From the NCBI GenBank assembly GCA_958267355.1, contig OY279575.1, forward strand, positions 41,726-105,725: a DNA stretch of 64,000 nucleotides, given 5' to 3'. A model generated the notes under the pieces. It saw nothing but the letters and a program-made list of their open reading frames with translations, searched no databases and was not told the DNA's origin. Each line of letters starts with the position of its first letter. The stretch's first letter is position 1. Shown here piece after piece: positions 16,871-26,468 of the stretch. The position numbers were made by a program, and so were the translations under genes. The stretch is from an uncultured Alphaproteobacteria bacterium. GTDB taxonomy: Bacteria > Pseudomonadota > Alphaproteobacteria > JALCBB01.

Positions 16871-18592
16871 ATGGGCAAAACCCGCAAAAAACCCTCGGAT
16901 TGGCTCATCGCCCTGCTCGCCTATGGCTGGTTCTACAGCACCCGAGCCACACGAACAGCGGGACGCACCATCGCTTGGCTCGCAGACATTCCGCGCAAAA
17001 TCGCCCGCGGATTGGCTTGGCTCAAATTCACCGCCTTCGCCTTTCTGCTCGTCTTCCTACGCGGACTATTGCTACGGCTTGGCTGGGTGCATCGTCCGCG
17101 TTGGCTGAACTGGCAAAACGGCTCGCTGGTCGCCACAGCAGGAATTCTGTTTCTTACGGGTTTCGCCTGGCAGAAAAGCCCCGAGTTTAAACCGCGTGAA
17201 GAAAGCCAATCGTTAATTCGCTCTTTTTCTTTGCAGTCTGACAGCGTGGAGTCTCCCGCGCGCTTGTTCAGCTGGCGGTTCGTTGAAACCGAAAGCCTAG
17301 CCAAGCTAGAAGTCTGGGAACAAGACCAACAACTGGTTATTTCCTTAGCCCGTGGCGATACCCTGTCGGGCTTGCTCGTCGAGTCTGGAATTGACCGCGA
17401 ACAAAGCGAAGCCATCGTAGAAGCTTTGCGTGAAGTGTACAATCCGCGCAAACTGCGGGCAGGACAGAGAATTGTTTTGCGTCCTGTGGCGGGTGAGTCT
17501 TCTTCTTTGCGCACACTTGTCTTTGACCCTGAGCCAACTGTGCGGGTTACTGTCCGCCACGACGCGGCTGGAAATTACATCGCCGAACGCTCAGAAAAAA
17601 TCTGGTCAGTCGACTCACACTGGGCAGAAGGAGAAATTCGCTCGTCCCTGTACTTGTCCGCCGTTGATGCCAAGGTACCCCTGCCCGTACTGGCACGGAT
17701 GATCCACATCTTCAGCTTCACCGTAGACTTCCAACGCGATATTCGCCCTGGCGATAGCTTCGCCCTGTTCTACGAAACCTGGACAGACGATCAAGGCAGC
17801 ACCATCGGCAACGGCGATTTACTCTACGGCGAGTTAATCTTGCGCGGTAAGCGGCATGTCGTTTGGGCGTACAATGATCCGAACGAAGGCATTGAATACT
17901 TTGACAGCGAAGGCAGATCTTCGCGCAAAGGACTTATGCGCACTCCGATTGATGGTGCGCGTTTGTCTTCCAGCTACGGAATGCGCAAGCACCCAATTCT
18001 CGGCTACAACAAGATGCATCGCGGCGTAGATTTTGCCGCACCAACAGGCACACCGATCTACGCCGCAGGCAGTGGCACAATCGAAGCCGCCGGACGCAAC
18101 GGCAGCTACGGGCATTATATCCGTATTCGCCACGCGGGTTCATACAAAACCGCCTACGCCCACTTGAGTAGTTACGCCGCAGGAATCAAACGCGGTGCAA
18201 AAGTCAGCCAAGGACAGGTAATTGGCTTTGTCGGCTCAACGGGTCGCTCTACGGGGCCACACCTACACTACGAGATAATTTTAGACGGCAAGCAAGTCAA
18301 TCCGTCACGGGTGGATCTGCCAAGCGGACGCAATCTTCGCCTCGCCGAACTAAAAGTCTTTGACCAAGAACGCGCCCGCACCTTCGCACGAATCCAAAAA
18401 ACGCGGGGCGACAAAAAGATTACTTCGCTGAAAGCCTGTGAAGCCGCTCTGTTGCGGTGTGAAAATGCACCGCCACCACGTTTGGCGATTGTTGCTCCGA
18501 ACTATGATCTTCCACCGACTGGCCCTGGTGGCTGGCCTTCTGTTGCTCCACCGATTAAGCCTCCGCAAAAGGTAGCGGGGGCAAGTGAGTAA
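16871..18592 (+). CDS. M23 family (LytM-type) metallopeptidase with N-terminal membrane anchor
   Basis: HRGVDFAAPTGTPIYAAGSGTI ... GSTGRSTGPHLHYE. ATG at 16871 is in frame with the track ORF start at 16847. Confidence 0.85.
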   Translation: MGKTRKKPSDWLIALLAYGWFYSTRATRTAGRTIAWLADIPRKIARGLAWLKFTAFAFLLVFLRGLLLRLGWVHRPRWLNWQNGSLVATAGILFLTGFAWQKSPEFKPREESQSLIRSFSLQSDSVESPARLFSWRFVETESLAKLEVWEQDQQLVISLARGDTLSGLLVESGIDREQSEAIVEALREVYNPRKLRAGQRIVLRPVAGESSSLRTLVFDPEPTVRVTVRHDAAGNYIAERSEKIWSVDSHWAEGEIRSSLYLSAVDAKVPLPVLARMIHIFSFTVDFQRDIRPGDSFALFYETWTDDQGSTIGNGDLLYGELILRGKRHVVWAYNDPNEGIEYFDSEGRSSRKGLMRTPIDGARLSSSYGMRKHPILGYNKMHRGVDFAAPTGTPIYAAGSGTIEAAGRNGSYGHYIRIRHAGSYKTAYAHLSSYAAGIKRGAKVSQGQVIGFVGSTGRSTGPHLHYEIILDGKQVNPSRVDLPSGRNLRLAELKVFDQERARTFARIQKTRGDKKITSLKACEAALLRCENAPPPRLAIVAPNYDLPPTGPGGWPSVAPPIKPPQKVAGASE

Positions 18593-19523
18593 TCTTTCCG
18601 AAGCCGAACAGCAGACCCGCCTGCGCATTCTGCGTGGCTTTCTATGCGGAGTTGGTGCCTTCGCCTTCTGGGGATTTTTCCCGCTTTACATCTATCTGCT
18701 AAAAGACCGCGTCTCGGTGGGTGAGCTGATTGCCCATCGTATTGTCTGGTCGGGGCTTTTGGCTCTTGCGATTGTTGCGTGGCGGAATCGCCTGTCTGAT
18801 TTCTTTCACGAAACTTTTACGCCTGCGAATTTTATTTTGCTGTTTATCTCGGCGGCTTTGCTTGTGACCAACTGGTATGTCTATGTCTATGCGATTTTTA
18901 TTGAAGCAGTTTTAGAAGTTTCGCTTGGCTATTACCTTTTGCCTTTGCTGATGGCGTTTTTGGGCTTTGTGGTCTTGCGCGAGCCACTGCGGCGTTTGGA
19001 AGTTTTGGCGATTGTGATTTCCGCGATTGGTATCGGAGCCCTTGCCTATTCAGAAGGCAGACTGCCGTGGATTTCGCTAGCGGTGGGTATATCGTTTGCC
19101 ATCTACGGAATGATGCGCAAGCGGATGAAGCCCAAGCCGCTTGAAGGGATCTGTGGCGAGATGATTATTGCGACTCCGTGTGCTTTGACTTGGATTGTTG
19201 CTTTGCATCTTTTTGGCGAGAATAAATTTCTCACGCCAGGAAATGCAGATCTTTCTTGGTTGCTTTTGGGTTTGAGTGTTGCAAGTGTTTTGCCTTTGGT
19301 TTTGTTTTATGCGGCGAATAATGTTTTGCGTTATGTTACGCTTGGCTTTATGAGTTATATCGGTCCGAGTCTGATTTTTCTGGTTGCGACTTTTATTCTC
19401 AAGGAGCCATTCACGCCTGTGCTGGGCTTTACCTTTCTGTGTATCTGGATTGCCCTTATTATTTTCTCTTGGTCGGGCTTGCGTAAGATGACTGCCAAGC
19501 CGCTTGCACCTGGGCCGAGATAG
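18585..19523 (+). CDS. rarD: EamA/RarD family permease
   Basis: 312-aa protein with 10 TM segments and a RarD-like N-terminus. GTG start overlaps the upstream gene by 8 nt. Confidence 0.7.
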   Translation: MSNLSEAEQQTRLRILRGFLCGVGAFAFWGFFPLYIYLLKDRVSVGELIAHRIVWSGLLALAIVAWRNRLSDFFHETFTPANFILLFISAALLVTNWYVYVYAIFIEAVLEVSLGYYLLPLLMAFLGFVVLREPLRRLEVLAIVISAIGIGALAYSEGRLPWISLAVGISFAIYGMMRKRMKPKPLEGICGEMIIATPCALTWIVALHLFGENKFLTPGNADLSWLLLGLSVASVLPLVLFYAANNVLRYVTLGFMSYIGPSLIFLVATFILKEPFTPVLGFTFLCIWIALIIFSWSGLRKMTAKPLAPGPR

Positions 19524-19675
19524 AGTCCGAGATAGAGTTGGAGATAAAGCTTGAAGGTACGGTACCAAGGCAAGGTGGTGCGACAAGGCAAAAAATTTTG
19601 CTGTGCTACACTCTAAGCCTTGCTAACAATTCATAAAGCCACACAAAGCCACATAAAAACAAGTGAGACGAAAAA

Positions 19676-19987
19676 ATGCCCGAACAACTGCCCGAAGCTG
19701 TGCGTGAGAAGCTAGAAGCGGCGGCGTTTCGTAGGCTGGTCGCGCACTTTCAGGAACACACAGAAGTGCAGAACATTGACCTGATGACTCTGTCAGGGTT
19801 TTGTCGCAATTGTCTATCCAAGTGGTATCAGGAAGCCGCTGCACAAGAAGGCGTAACCCTGTCTAAAGAACAAGCCCGCGAAATCATCTACGGTATGCCC
19901 TACGGCTTGTGGAAAGAACGCTATCAAACAGAAGCGACTCCTGAGCAACAAGCTATCCTTGCCGCTCGCCACGCCGCAAAAGAATAA
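19676..19987 (+). CDS. DUF1244 family protein
   Basis: 103 aa; KLEAAAFRRLVAHFQEHTEVQNIDLMTLSGFCRNCLSKWY is typical of DUF1244. Confidence 0.75.
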   Translation: MPEQLPEAVREKLEAAAFRRLVAHFQEHTEVQNIDLMTLSGFCRNCLSKWYQEAAAQEGVTLSKEQAREIIYGMPYGLWKERYQTEATPEQQAILAARHAAKE

Positions 19988-20000
19988 AACGCGAAAGAAT

Positions 20001-20137
20001 AAAAAAGCTGCTTTGCAATTGTCCTTGATGAATTTTTATGAATTGTTTTTATCTCTCGTTGGGAGATTAATTCCCTACCCCTGAATAGGAATATTTCTTA
20101 ACCCTGAAAAAGCCGCTTTGCAATTATCCGCAAACGA
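20001..20137 (+). repeat. ~133-bp dispersed intergenic element, copy 1
   Basis: aaaaagctgctttgcaattgtccttgatgaatttttatgaattgtttttatctctcgttgggagattaattccctacccctgaataggaatatttcttaaccctgaaaaagccgctttgcaattatccgcaaa. Near-identical to 20248-20380 and 24019-24152. Confidence 0.9.
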
Positions 20138-20247
20138 ATTTTTTGTGTGAATTATATTTAAGCAGTGATAGATTCAGCTTTCGTGCTATTAAACATATCT
20201 ATAAGACAAGCCTAAAGACTCAAACCATAAAACCACATAAAAGACAC

Positions 20248-20380
20248 AAAAAGCTGCTTTGCAATTGTCCTTGATGAATTTTTATGAATTGTTTTTATCT
20301 CTCGTTGGGAGATTAATTCCTTACCCCTGAATAGGAATATTTCTTAGCCCTGAAAAAGCCGCTTTGCAATTATCCGCAAA
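20248..20380 (+). repeat. ~133-bp dispersed intergenic element, copy 2
   Basis: Near-identical to copy 1, about 110 bp downstream of it. Confidence 0.9.
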
Positions 20381-20484
20381 TCCACTTCGTGAGAAAAGAA
20401 TTTTCTAGCCTGTTCTGTAAAAATAGAATTTTAACTCCAAGCAGAAAAAACTTGCCAAAAAAGCCAATTTACAATTTGTCCGCA

Positions 20485-21156
20485 CTAACCCGACTCGGAC
20501 TCCAAAGTCACGCCAAAAGTCTCAGCAAAAGTCTTAGCCAAAACTTCATCAATACGAACCCGCGAAGTTTCAGCTCCCAAAGCTTCAAGCGAAGTCACGC
20601 CATACCCCGCCAAGCCACAGGGAACAATACCCGCAAAATGCTCCAAGTTCGGAGCCACATTTAATGCCACACCATGATACGCAATCCACTTGCGAACCCG
20701 AACCCCCAAAGCCGCTATCTTTTCTTCACTGCCATCAGCACAGGTAACCCACAAGCCAATCCGCCCCGTGCGCGACTCAGCCCGCACTCCAAGCTCGGCA
20801 AGCGCAGACTTCAACCAAGTCTCCAAAGCGCAAACATACGCCCGCACATCACGCTGGCGAGTGCGCAAGTCCAAGACCACATAGCAAACCCGCTGGCCTG
20901 GGCCGTGGTAGGTCCAGCGTCCGCCGCGTCCGCTACGGTGGGTAGGCAAGTCGTGGTTCAGCAGCTCCGCGTCATCGGCACTGGTGCCCGCCGTGTATAA
21001 GGCAGGGTGTTCCAAGAACCACAGAAGCTCAGGCGCAGTGCCCGCTAAGATTTCCGCCACCCGCGACTCCATCGCCGCCACCGCCTGCGGATACCCCTGC
21101 AACTCAGCAGAGTGGCGCACAGCCACAGCAGATAACGCGAATTTCTCTTTTTGCAT
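20485..21156 (-). CDS. lipB: Octanoyltransferase (lipoate-protein ligase B)
   Basis: RGGRWTYHGPGQ and KIAALGVRV motifs. Confidence 0.9.
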   Translation of the reverse strand: MQKEKFALSAVAVRHSAELQGYPQAVAAMESRVAEILAGTAPELLWFLEHPALYTAGTSADDAELLNHDLPTHRSGRGGRWTYHGPGQRVCYVVLDLRTRQRDVRAYVCALETWLKSALAELGVRAESRTGRIGLWVTCADGSEEKIAALGVRVRKWIAYHGVALNVAPNLEHFAGIVPCGLAGYGVTSLEALGAETSRVRIDEVLAKTFAETFGVTLESESG

Positions 21157-21179
21157 AATCGCCTATAGTTTAGAAGCCT

Positions 21180-22697
21180 ATGAACACTCCTGACCAGCAT
21201 AGCCACGAAACCCGTGATTTCGCCAGTGCCATCGCGCCCGAATGGCTGGAGCAGCTTGTCGCGGCTCTAGACGAAATTCAAGAAGCACAAGAAGCACAAG
21301 AAGCACAGGCAGACCCAGAAACCACCACAGACACAGACGCAGGCGCAGGCACAGGCACAAGCGCAGACGCAGACGCAGAAGCGGAAAGCCAAGCCGCCAC
21401 CACGCCAACTTTGCCTCCCGAGCTGCTAGATGATTTGCACGGATTTCATCCGGGCGAAGCGGCTTATGTCTATCAATCGCTCAACGCTGACGAGCGCAAA
21501 TTGCTCCTGCAGTTGGCGGGAGATAAATTTCCCGCCGCCACGCTCGCCTGGCTAGACGACTCGCTTGTCGCCCAAGCCGCGTCTGATTTGGGCGAAGCCG
21601 CTGTGATTGCCGCGCTTGCCTCCTTGGATAGCGACGACGCGCTGGCGGTTTTTGAAAACCTAGACGAAGACGCACGCGATGATCTGCTGACTCGTTTGCC
21701 TCCGCGGGTGCGTAAGCATATTCAGCAGGCGATGGTGTTTCCTGAAGACTCGGCAGGACGATTAATGCAAACCGAAGTCCCTGTCGTGCCCCGCTCTTGG
21801 ACAGTCGGACAAACCATTGATTGGATGCGCGCTTTCCGCAAAGAGTTAACCGACGACTTTTACGAGCTGATCGTTGTAGACGCACACTATAAACCCATTG
21901 GGCGGACTCCATTGTCGCGGATTTTACAAGCTCCACGCCCCACACCCCTAACCGAGCTTTTTACCGCACGAATTCATTCGCTTTCCGCTTCGGCACACCA
22001 AGAAGATGTTGCACGAACTTTCAAGCAATACGCTTTGGTTACGGCTCCTGTTGTAGATAGGGAAGGAAGACTGCTCGGCGTCATCACCGCAGATGATATC
22101 GTAGAAGTCATTGAAGAAGAGCTGTCAAAAGATATGATGCGACTCGGCGGAGTACAAGATGGCGGGCTGTTCGGTGATCTCTTAGTGACAATGCGCGCCC
22201 GTGTGCCGTGGCTGATACTAAACTTTGGCACGATTTTAATTGCCGCTTCGGTCATTGACGCGTTTTCGGAAACCATTGAAGGCTACATTGCCCTTGCTGT
22301 CTTGTTGCCGATTGTCGCGAGCATTGGCGGCAATGCAGGTACGCAAAGTTTGACTGTGGCAGTGCGTGGCTTGGCGCAACGGCTCTTAGAGCGGCCACAA
22401 CGTTGGCGTTTTTTGCGCCGCGAGTTGTTGATAAACTTGTTGAATGGCGTGGTCATGGCGGCTCTGGTCGGCGGACTGTCAGCCGTGTGGTTTCATGCTC
22501 CCCTGTTGGGGCTTGTCGTGGCTTTGGCTCTGCTGGTGAATATTGTAACCGCAGGCTTTGCAGGAGCCTTGATTCCGATTGTTCTGCAACGGCTGGGTGT
22601 GGATCCTGCTGTTGCGTCAGGCGTGTTTGTCACCACCATCACCGACACAGTCGGATTTTTCTCGCTTTTGGCTTTGGCAACGCTTATCTTTCTTTAA
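21180..22697 (+). CDS. mgtE: Magnesium transporter MgtE with an acidic low-complexity N-terminal extension
   Basis: MgtE N-domain, CBS pair and C-terminal TM domain (GNAGTQS). The N-terminus carries QEAQEAQEAQ and TDTDAGAGTGTSADADAEAES repeats. Confidence 0.9.
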   Translation: MNTPDQHSHETRDFASAIAPEWLEQLVAALDEIQEAQEAQEAQADPETTTDTDAGAGTGTSADADAEAESQAATTPTLPPELLDDLHGFHPGEAAYVYQSLNADERKLLLQLAGDKFPAATLAWLDDSLVAQAASDLGEAAVIAALASLDSDDALAVFENLDEDARDDLLTRLPPRVRKHIQQAMVFPEDSAGRLMQTEVPVVPRSWTVGQTIDWMRAFRKELTDDFYELIVVDAHYKPIGRTPLSRILQAPRPTPLTELFTARIHSLSASAHQEDVARTFKQYALVTAPVVDREGRLLGVITADDIVEVIEEELSKDMMRLGGVQDGGLFGDLLVTMRARVPWLILNFGTILIAASVIDAFSETIEGYIALAVLLPIVASIGGNAGTQSLTVAVRGLAQRLLERPQRWRFLRRELLINLLNGVVMAALVGGLSAVWFHAPLLGLVVALALLVNIVTAGFAGALIPIVLQRLGVDPAVASGVFVTTITDTVGFFSLLALATLIFL

Positions 22698-22722
22698 ATT
22701 TTCTTGGGTTAGGCTTTTTCTT

Positions 22723-23172
22723 ATGGCACTGCATCTTATCAAGCTTTCGGTTGGCAGTGAAAGCGTGTCATCCTTGGCGGAGTGGCAAGCCACGCACCGC
22801 ACAGCCAACGGCGTAGCGTGGCACGGAACGCGCATGGCTCCCAAGCGTAAAGACGAGCTGCTAGCGGGCGGCTCAATCTATTGGGTGATTCAGGGCCTGA
22901 TTCAAGCCCGCCAAGAATTGCGTGATATTGTTCCTGTGGTCCGCGATGATGGTACGCGGGCGGTGCGGTTTGTTTTTGCCCCGCCGCTTATTCGTGTGGC
23001 TCCGCGTCCGTGTCGTGCTTTTCAGGGGTGGCGGTACTTCGCCTCTGAAGAAGCCCCGCCCGACCTGGACGAAGCCGCCGTAAAAGCCACAGCGACAGGC
23101 AAGGCAGTGCCTTCCCAGCAGGAGACAAACCCGCAGATCCTGCGCGAGCTACGCGATATGGGTTTGTTGTAG
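22723..23172 (+). CDS. DUF1489 family protein
   Basis: ATG at 22723 gives MALHLIKLSVGSESV...GGSIYWVIQG. The longer track ORF (22579) overlaps the mgtE end. Confidence 0.7.
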   Translation: MALHLIKLSVGSESVSSLAEWQATHRTANGVAWHGTRMAPKRKDELLAGGSIYWVIQGLIQARQELRDIVPVVRDDGTRAVRFVFAPPLIRVAPRPCRAFQGWRYFASEEAPPDLDEAAVKATATGKAVPSQQETNPQILRELRDMGLL

Positions 23173-23207
23173 ACTGCTACCAAAGCCATTCAATCAAAGG
23201 AAACCCC

Positions 23208-24011
23208 GTGCCAAGCATTTCTGACAAAACGCCTATGCCCGTGCCACGCAAGCTTGCCTATGTGGTTTCGTCTGCGGCTAAGGCACAGGAAGTCTATGCC
23301 GACTACAAGACGCGCTACGGCGAAGTGCCACAGGCAGAAGCCGATGCTGTGGTGGTTCTGGGCGGCGATGGCACGATGCTAAGAGCTTTGCACGCAGGAT
23401 TAGAACAAGAAAGCCCTGTTCCTGTGTTTGGAATTAATTGCGGTACCTTGGGCTTTTTGTTAAATCCTTTTGTTGATACCGATTTGCCGCAACGGATTGC
23501 CGAAGCACGGCGTTTGAAGTTGCGTCCCTTACGGATGATTGCAACTGATATTCACGACAAGAAACACAAGTTTTCGGCGTTTAATGAAGTGACTTTGTTT
23601 CGCCGTCATCGCAATCCGATTTCGGTGCGGATTTTAGTCAATGGCGAAGAACAGCTTGATGCACTGATTTGCGATGGAGTCTTGGTGGCGACTCCTGCGG
23701 GCTCTTCTGCCTACAACTATTCGGCACACGGACCGATTGTGCCAATGGATAGCAAGTTGCTGGCGGTGACTCCGATATCGCCGTTTCGTCCGCGGCGGTG
23801 GCGGGGGGCTTTGCTACCGCATCGGGCGAAGATTGCCTTTGAAGTTAATGATCCAGTCCGCCACGAGACCAACGCCACGGCTGACTTTCACGAAGTGGAG
23901 TCGGTCAAGGCACTGTCGGTGGTGGAAGACAGAAAAACTTTTGTGCCGTTGCTGTTTGACCCAGACGCACACCTATCCGAGCGCATTTTACGCGAGCAGT
24001 TCAGCTTCTAG
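23208..24011 (+). CDS. nadK: NAD kinase
   Basis: VVVLGGDGTMLRA and GINCGTLGFL motifs. Confidence 0.9.
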   Translation: MPSISDKTPMPVPRKLAYVVSSAAKAQEVYADYKTRYGEVPQAEADAVVVLGGDGTMLRALHAGLEQESPVPVFGINCGTLGFLLNPFVDTDLPQRIAEARRLKLRPLRMIATDIHDKKHKFSAFNEVTLFRRHRNPISVRILVNGEEQLDALICDGVLVATPAGSSAYNYSAHGPIVPMDSKLLAVTPISPFRPRRWRGALLPHRAKIAFEVNDPVRHETNATADFHEVESVKALSVVEDRKTFVPLLFDPDAHLSERILREQFSF

Positions 24012-24018
24012 CAGGGTT

Positions 24019-24152
24019 AAAAAAGCTGCTTTGCAATTGTCCTTGATGAATTTTTATGAATTGTTTTTATCTCTCGTTGGAAGCTTAATTTCCTACCCCT
24101 GAATAGGAATATTTTCTAGCCCTGAAAAAGCTGCTTTGCAATTGTCCGCAAG
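24019..24152 (+). repeat. ~133-bp dispersed intergenic element, copy 3
   Basis: Near-identical to 20001-20137. Lies between the convergent nadK and uvrB genes. Confidence 0.9.
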
Positions 24153-24234
24153 CAAAACTTGGTTTGCGGATTAACTTTACTTAGCTGTATAGAATTATCT
24201 TACCTTGCGGTTTGCGGATTCACTTTACTTGGCT

Positions 24235-26415
24235 TTAGCTTCTAGCGGCTTGTTTGACTCTTTTTCTGGCACGGGGCGCACCGCGTTTTGCTCCCTTCAC
24301 GCCGCCACGATAGCCCGCACCAAGATCGCCCGTGCCATCCCACGCACGGCGACTACTAATCTCTAAGTCGCTTTCCTGCAAACGCTTAATCTCATCGCGT
24401 AGCTCCGCCGCCTTTTCAAATTCTAAGTCCTGTGCCGCCGAGTGCATTTCTGCCTCCAAAACTTCCAAGACTTCAGACAAAGACTTGCCCTGCAACTCCT
24501 CGCGCTCGCTCGCACCCAAGCTGACAGTCACATGGTCAGCCGCAAAAACGCTTTCCATAATGTCTTCTACACCCTTGCGGATCGTCTCAGGCGTAATCCC
24601 ATGCTTCTTGTTGTAGGCAAGCTGCTTTTCACGCCGCCGTGCCGTTTCTTCTAACGCCGCTCGCAACGAACGGGTTTCCTTGTCACCAAAAAGCAAAACC
24701 TTGCCATCTACATGACGCGCCGCACGGCCAATTGTCTGAATCAATGACCGCGTACTGCGCAAGTAGCCTTCTTTGTCTGCGTCTAGTATGCACACCAAAG
24801 CACATTCGGGAATATCTAAACCTTCGCGCAGTAGATTAATACCCACCAGCACATCAAACGCACCAAGCCGCAAGTCACGGATGATTTCAATCCGCTCTAG
24901 CGTGTGAATGTCGGCGTGAATATAACGCGCCCGAATACCCGCTTCGTCTAAGTATTCGGTCAGGTTTTCCGCCATACGCTTCGTCAAAGTCGTTATCAAC
25001 ACTCGATTGCCCGCCGCCACCTGCTCGCGCACCGCCGCTAAGATTTCGTCAATCTGGTTTTCCGTCGGACGCACTTCGCAAATCGGATCGGTCAAGCCCG
25101 TCGGACGCACCAGCTGCTCCGTCGGCTTGCTGGCGGTGTGTTCTAGCTCCCACGGACCTGGCGTGGCAGAAACATAAATCGTTTGCGGACGCATCGCCTG
25201 CCACTCTTCAAACTTCAACGGACGATTATCCTTACAGGCCTGCAGACGAAAGCCGTAGTCCGCCAAAGTAGATTTACGGGCAAAGTCTCCCTTGTACATT
25301 CCGCCCAGCTGTGGAACGGTGATGTGGCTTTCATCCACAAATAGCAAAGCATCAGACGGCAAATATTCAAACAAAGTCGGCGGCGGCTCGCCAATTGCAC
25401 GCCCCGATAGATACCGCGAGTAATTTTCTATCCCCGCACAAGTGCCCGCCGCTTCCAGCATTTCAAGGTCAAAGCTCACCCGCTGTTCAAGCCGTTGCGC
25501 TTCTAACAACTTGCCACGCTGTTTGAACTGCGCCAGCTCTGTCTTTAAGTCTTCACGAATTGCCTCCAAGGCTTGCCCCAAAGTTGGACGCGGCACAATA
25601 TAGTGGCTATTCGCGTACAACTTGATTTCTTCCATAGCTTCGTACCGCTCGCCCGTGAGTGGGTCAAATTCACACAAAGACTCAACTTCGTCTCCGAAAT
25701 ACGAAACCCGCCAAGCCCTGTCAGACAAGTGCGCAGGAAAAATTTCTAAAGTATCACCGCGCAAACGAAAAACACCACGGCGGAAATTTCCATCATTACG
25801 GCTGTACTGCAAAGACACCAGCCGCTCAACCACTTGGTTCAAACCGCGCTTTTCTCCTGTCTTTAGGGTGAAGACCATTTCGGCGTAGGTCTCGGGCGAG
25901 CCCATTCCGTAGATGCACGACACCGAAGCGACAATCACCACATCGCGCCGCTCAAACAAAGCCCGTGTCGCCGCGTGGCGCATACGATCAATCTGCTCGT
26001 TAATAGATGCTTCCTTCTCTACATAGGTATCACTGCGCGGAACATAGGCTTCAGGCTGATAATAGTCGTAGTAGCTGACGAAATACTCCACTGCGTTGTT
26101 GGGAAACAGCGTGCGCATTTCCGCAAAAAGCTGTGCCGCCAGAGTCTTGTTCGGAGCCAAAATAACCGCAGGCCTGCCCGCCGTCGCAATGACATGCGCC
26201 ATGGTGAAGGTTTTGCCTGAGCCTGTGACTCCCATCAGCACTTGGTCTTTGGCGTTGGCGGCTATGCCTTGCAGGAGCGACTTAATCGCTTCAGGCTGAT
26301 CTCCGCTCGGACGCACATCAGAGACCAGAGCAAAGGGGCGCATTTCGCTTCCGACCAGACGCTTACGCGCTGCTGAAAGTCTATCCAGGTATTCTTGGTA
26401 CTCGTTGTCGCGCAT
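24235..26415 (-). CDS. uvrB: Excinuclease ABC subunit B
   Basis: GVTGSGKTFT Walker A, helicase motifs and a UVR domain (EFEKAAELRDEI). Confidence 0.95.
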   Translation of the reverse strand: MRDNEYQEYLDRLSAARKRLVGSEMRPFALVSDVRPSGDQPEAIKSLLQGIAANAKDQVLMGVTGSGKTFTMAHVIATAGRPAVILAPNKTLAAQLFAEMRTLFPNNAVEYFVSYYDYYQPEAYVPRSDTYVEKEASINEQIDRMRHAATRALFERRDVVIVASVSCIYGMGSPETYAEMVFTLKTGEKRGLNQVVERLVSLQYSRNDGNFRRGVFRLRGDTLEIFPAHLSDRAWRVSYFGDEVESLCEFDPLTGERYEAMEEIKLYANSHYIVPRPTLGQALEAIREDLKTELAQFKQRGKLLEAQRLEQRVSFDLEMLEAAGTCAGIENYSRYLSGRAIGEPPPTLFEYLPSDALLFVDESHITVPQLGGMYKGDFARKSTLADYGFRLQACKDNRPLKFEEWQAMRPQTIYVSATPGPWELEHTASKPTEQLVRPTGLTDPICEVRPTENQIDEILAAVREQVAAGNRVLITTLTKRMAENLTEYLDEAGIRARYIHADIHTLERIEIIRDLRLGAFDVLVGINLLREGLDIPECALVCILDADKEGYLRSTRSLIQTIGRAARHVDGKVLLFGDKETRSLRAALEETARRREKQLAYNKKHGITPETIRKGVEDIMESVFAADHVTVSLGASEREELQGKSLSEVLEVLEAEMHSAAQDLEFEKAAELRDEIKRLQESDLEISSRRAWDGTGDLGAGYRGGVKGAKRGAPRARKRVKQAARS

Positions 26416-26468
26416 CGTCTGCTAGTATAGCCCCTTGGCGCGGTTTCTTCTCGGAGCTTAGATGCATC

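Noticed and set aside
20389-20664. 91-aa ORF; also the 23833..24102 ORF running through the 133-bp repeats
   Set aside because: They overlap repeat elements and the 3' ends of real genes, have no coding-like composition, and are most likely artefacts.
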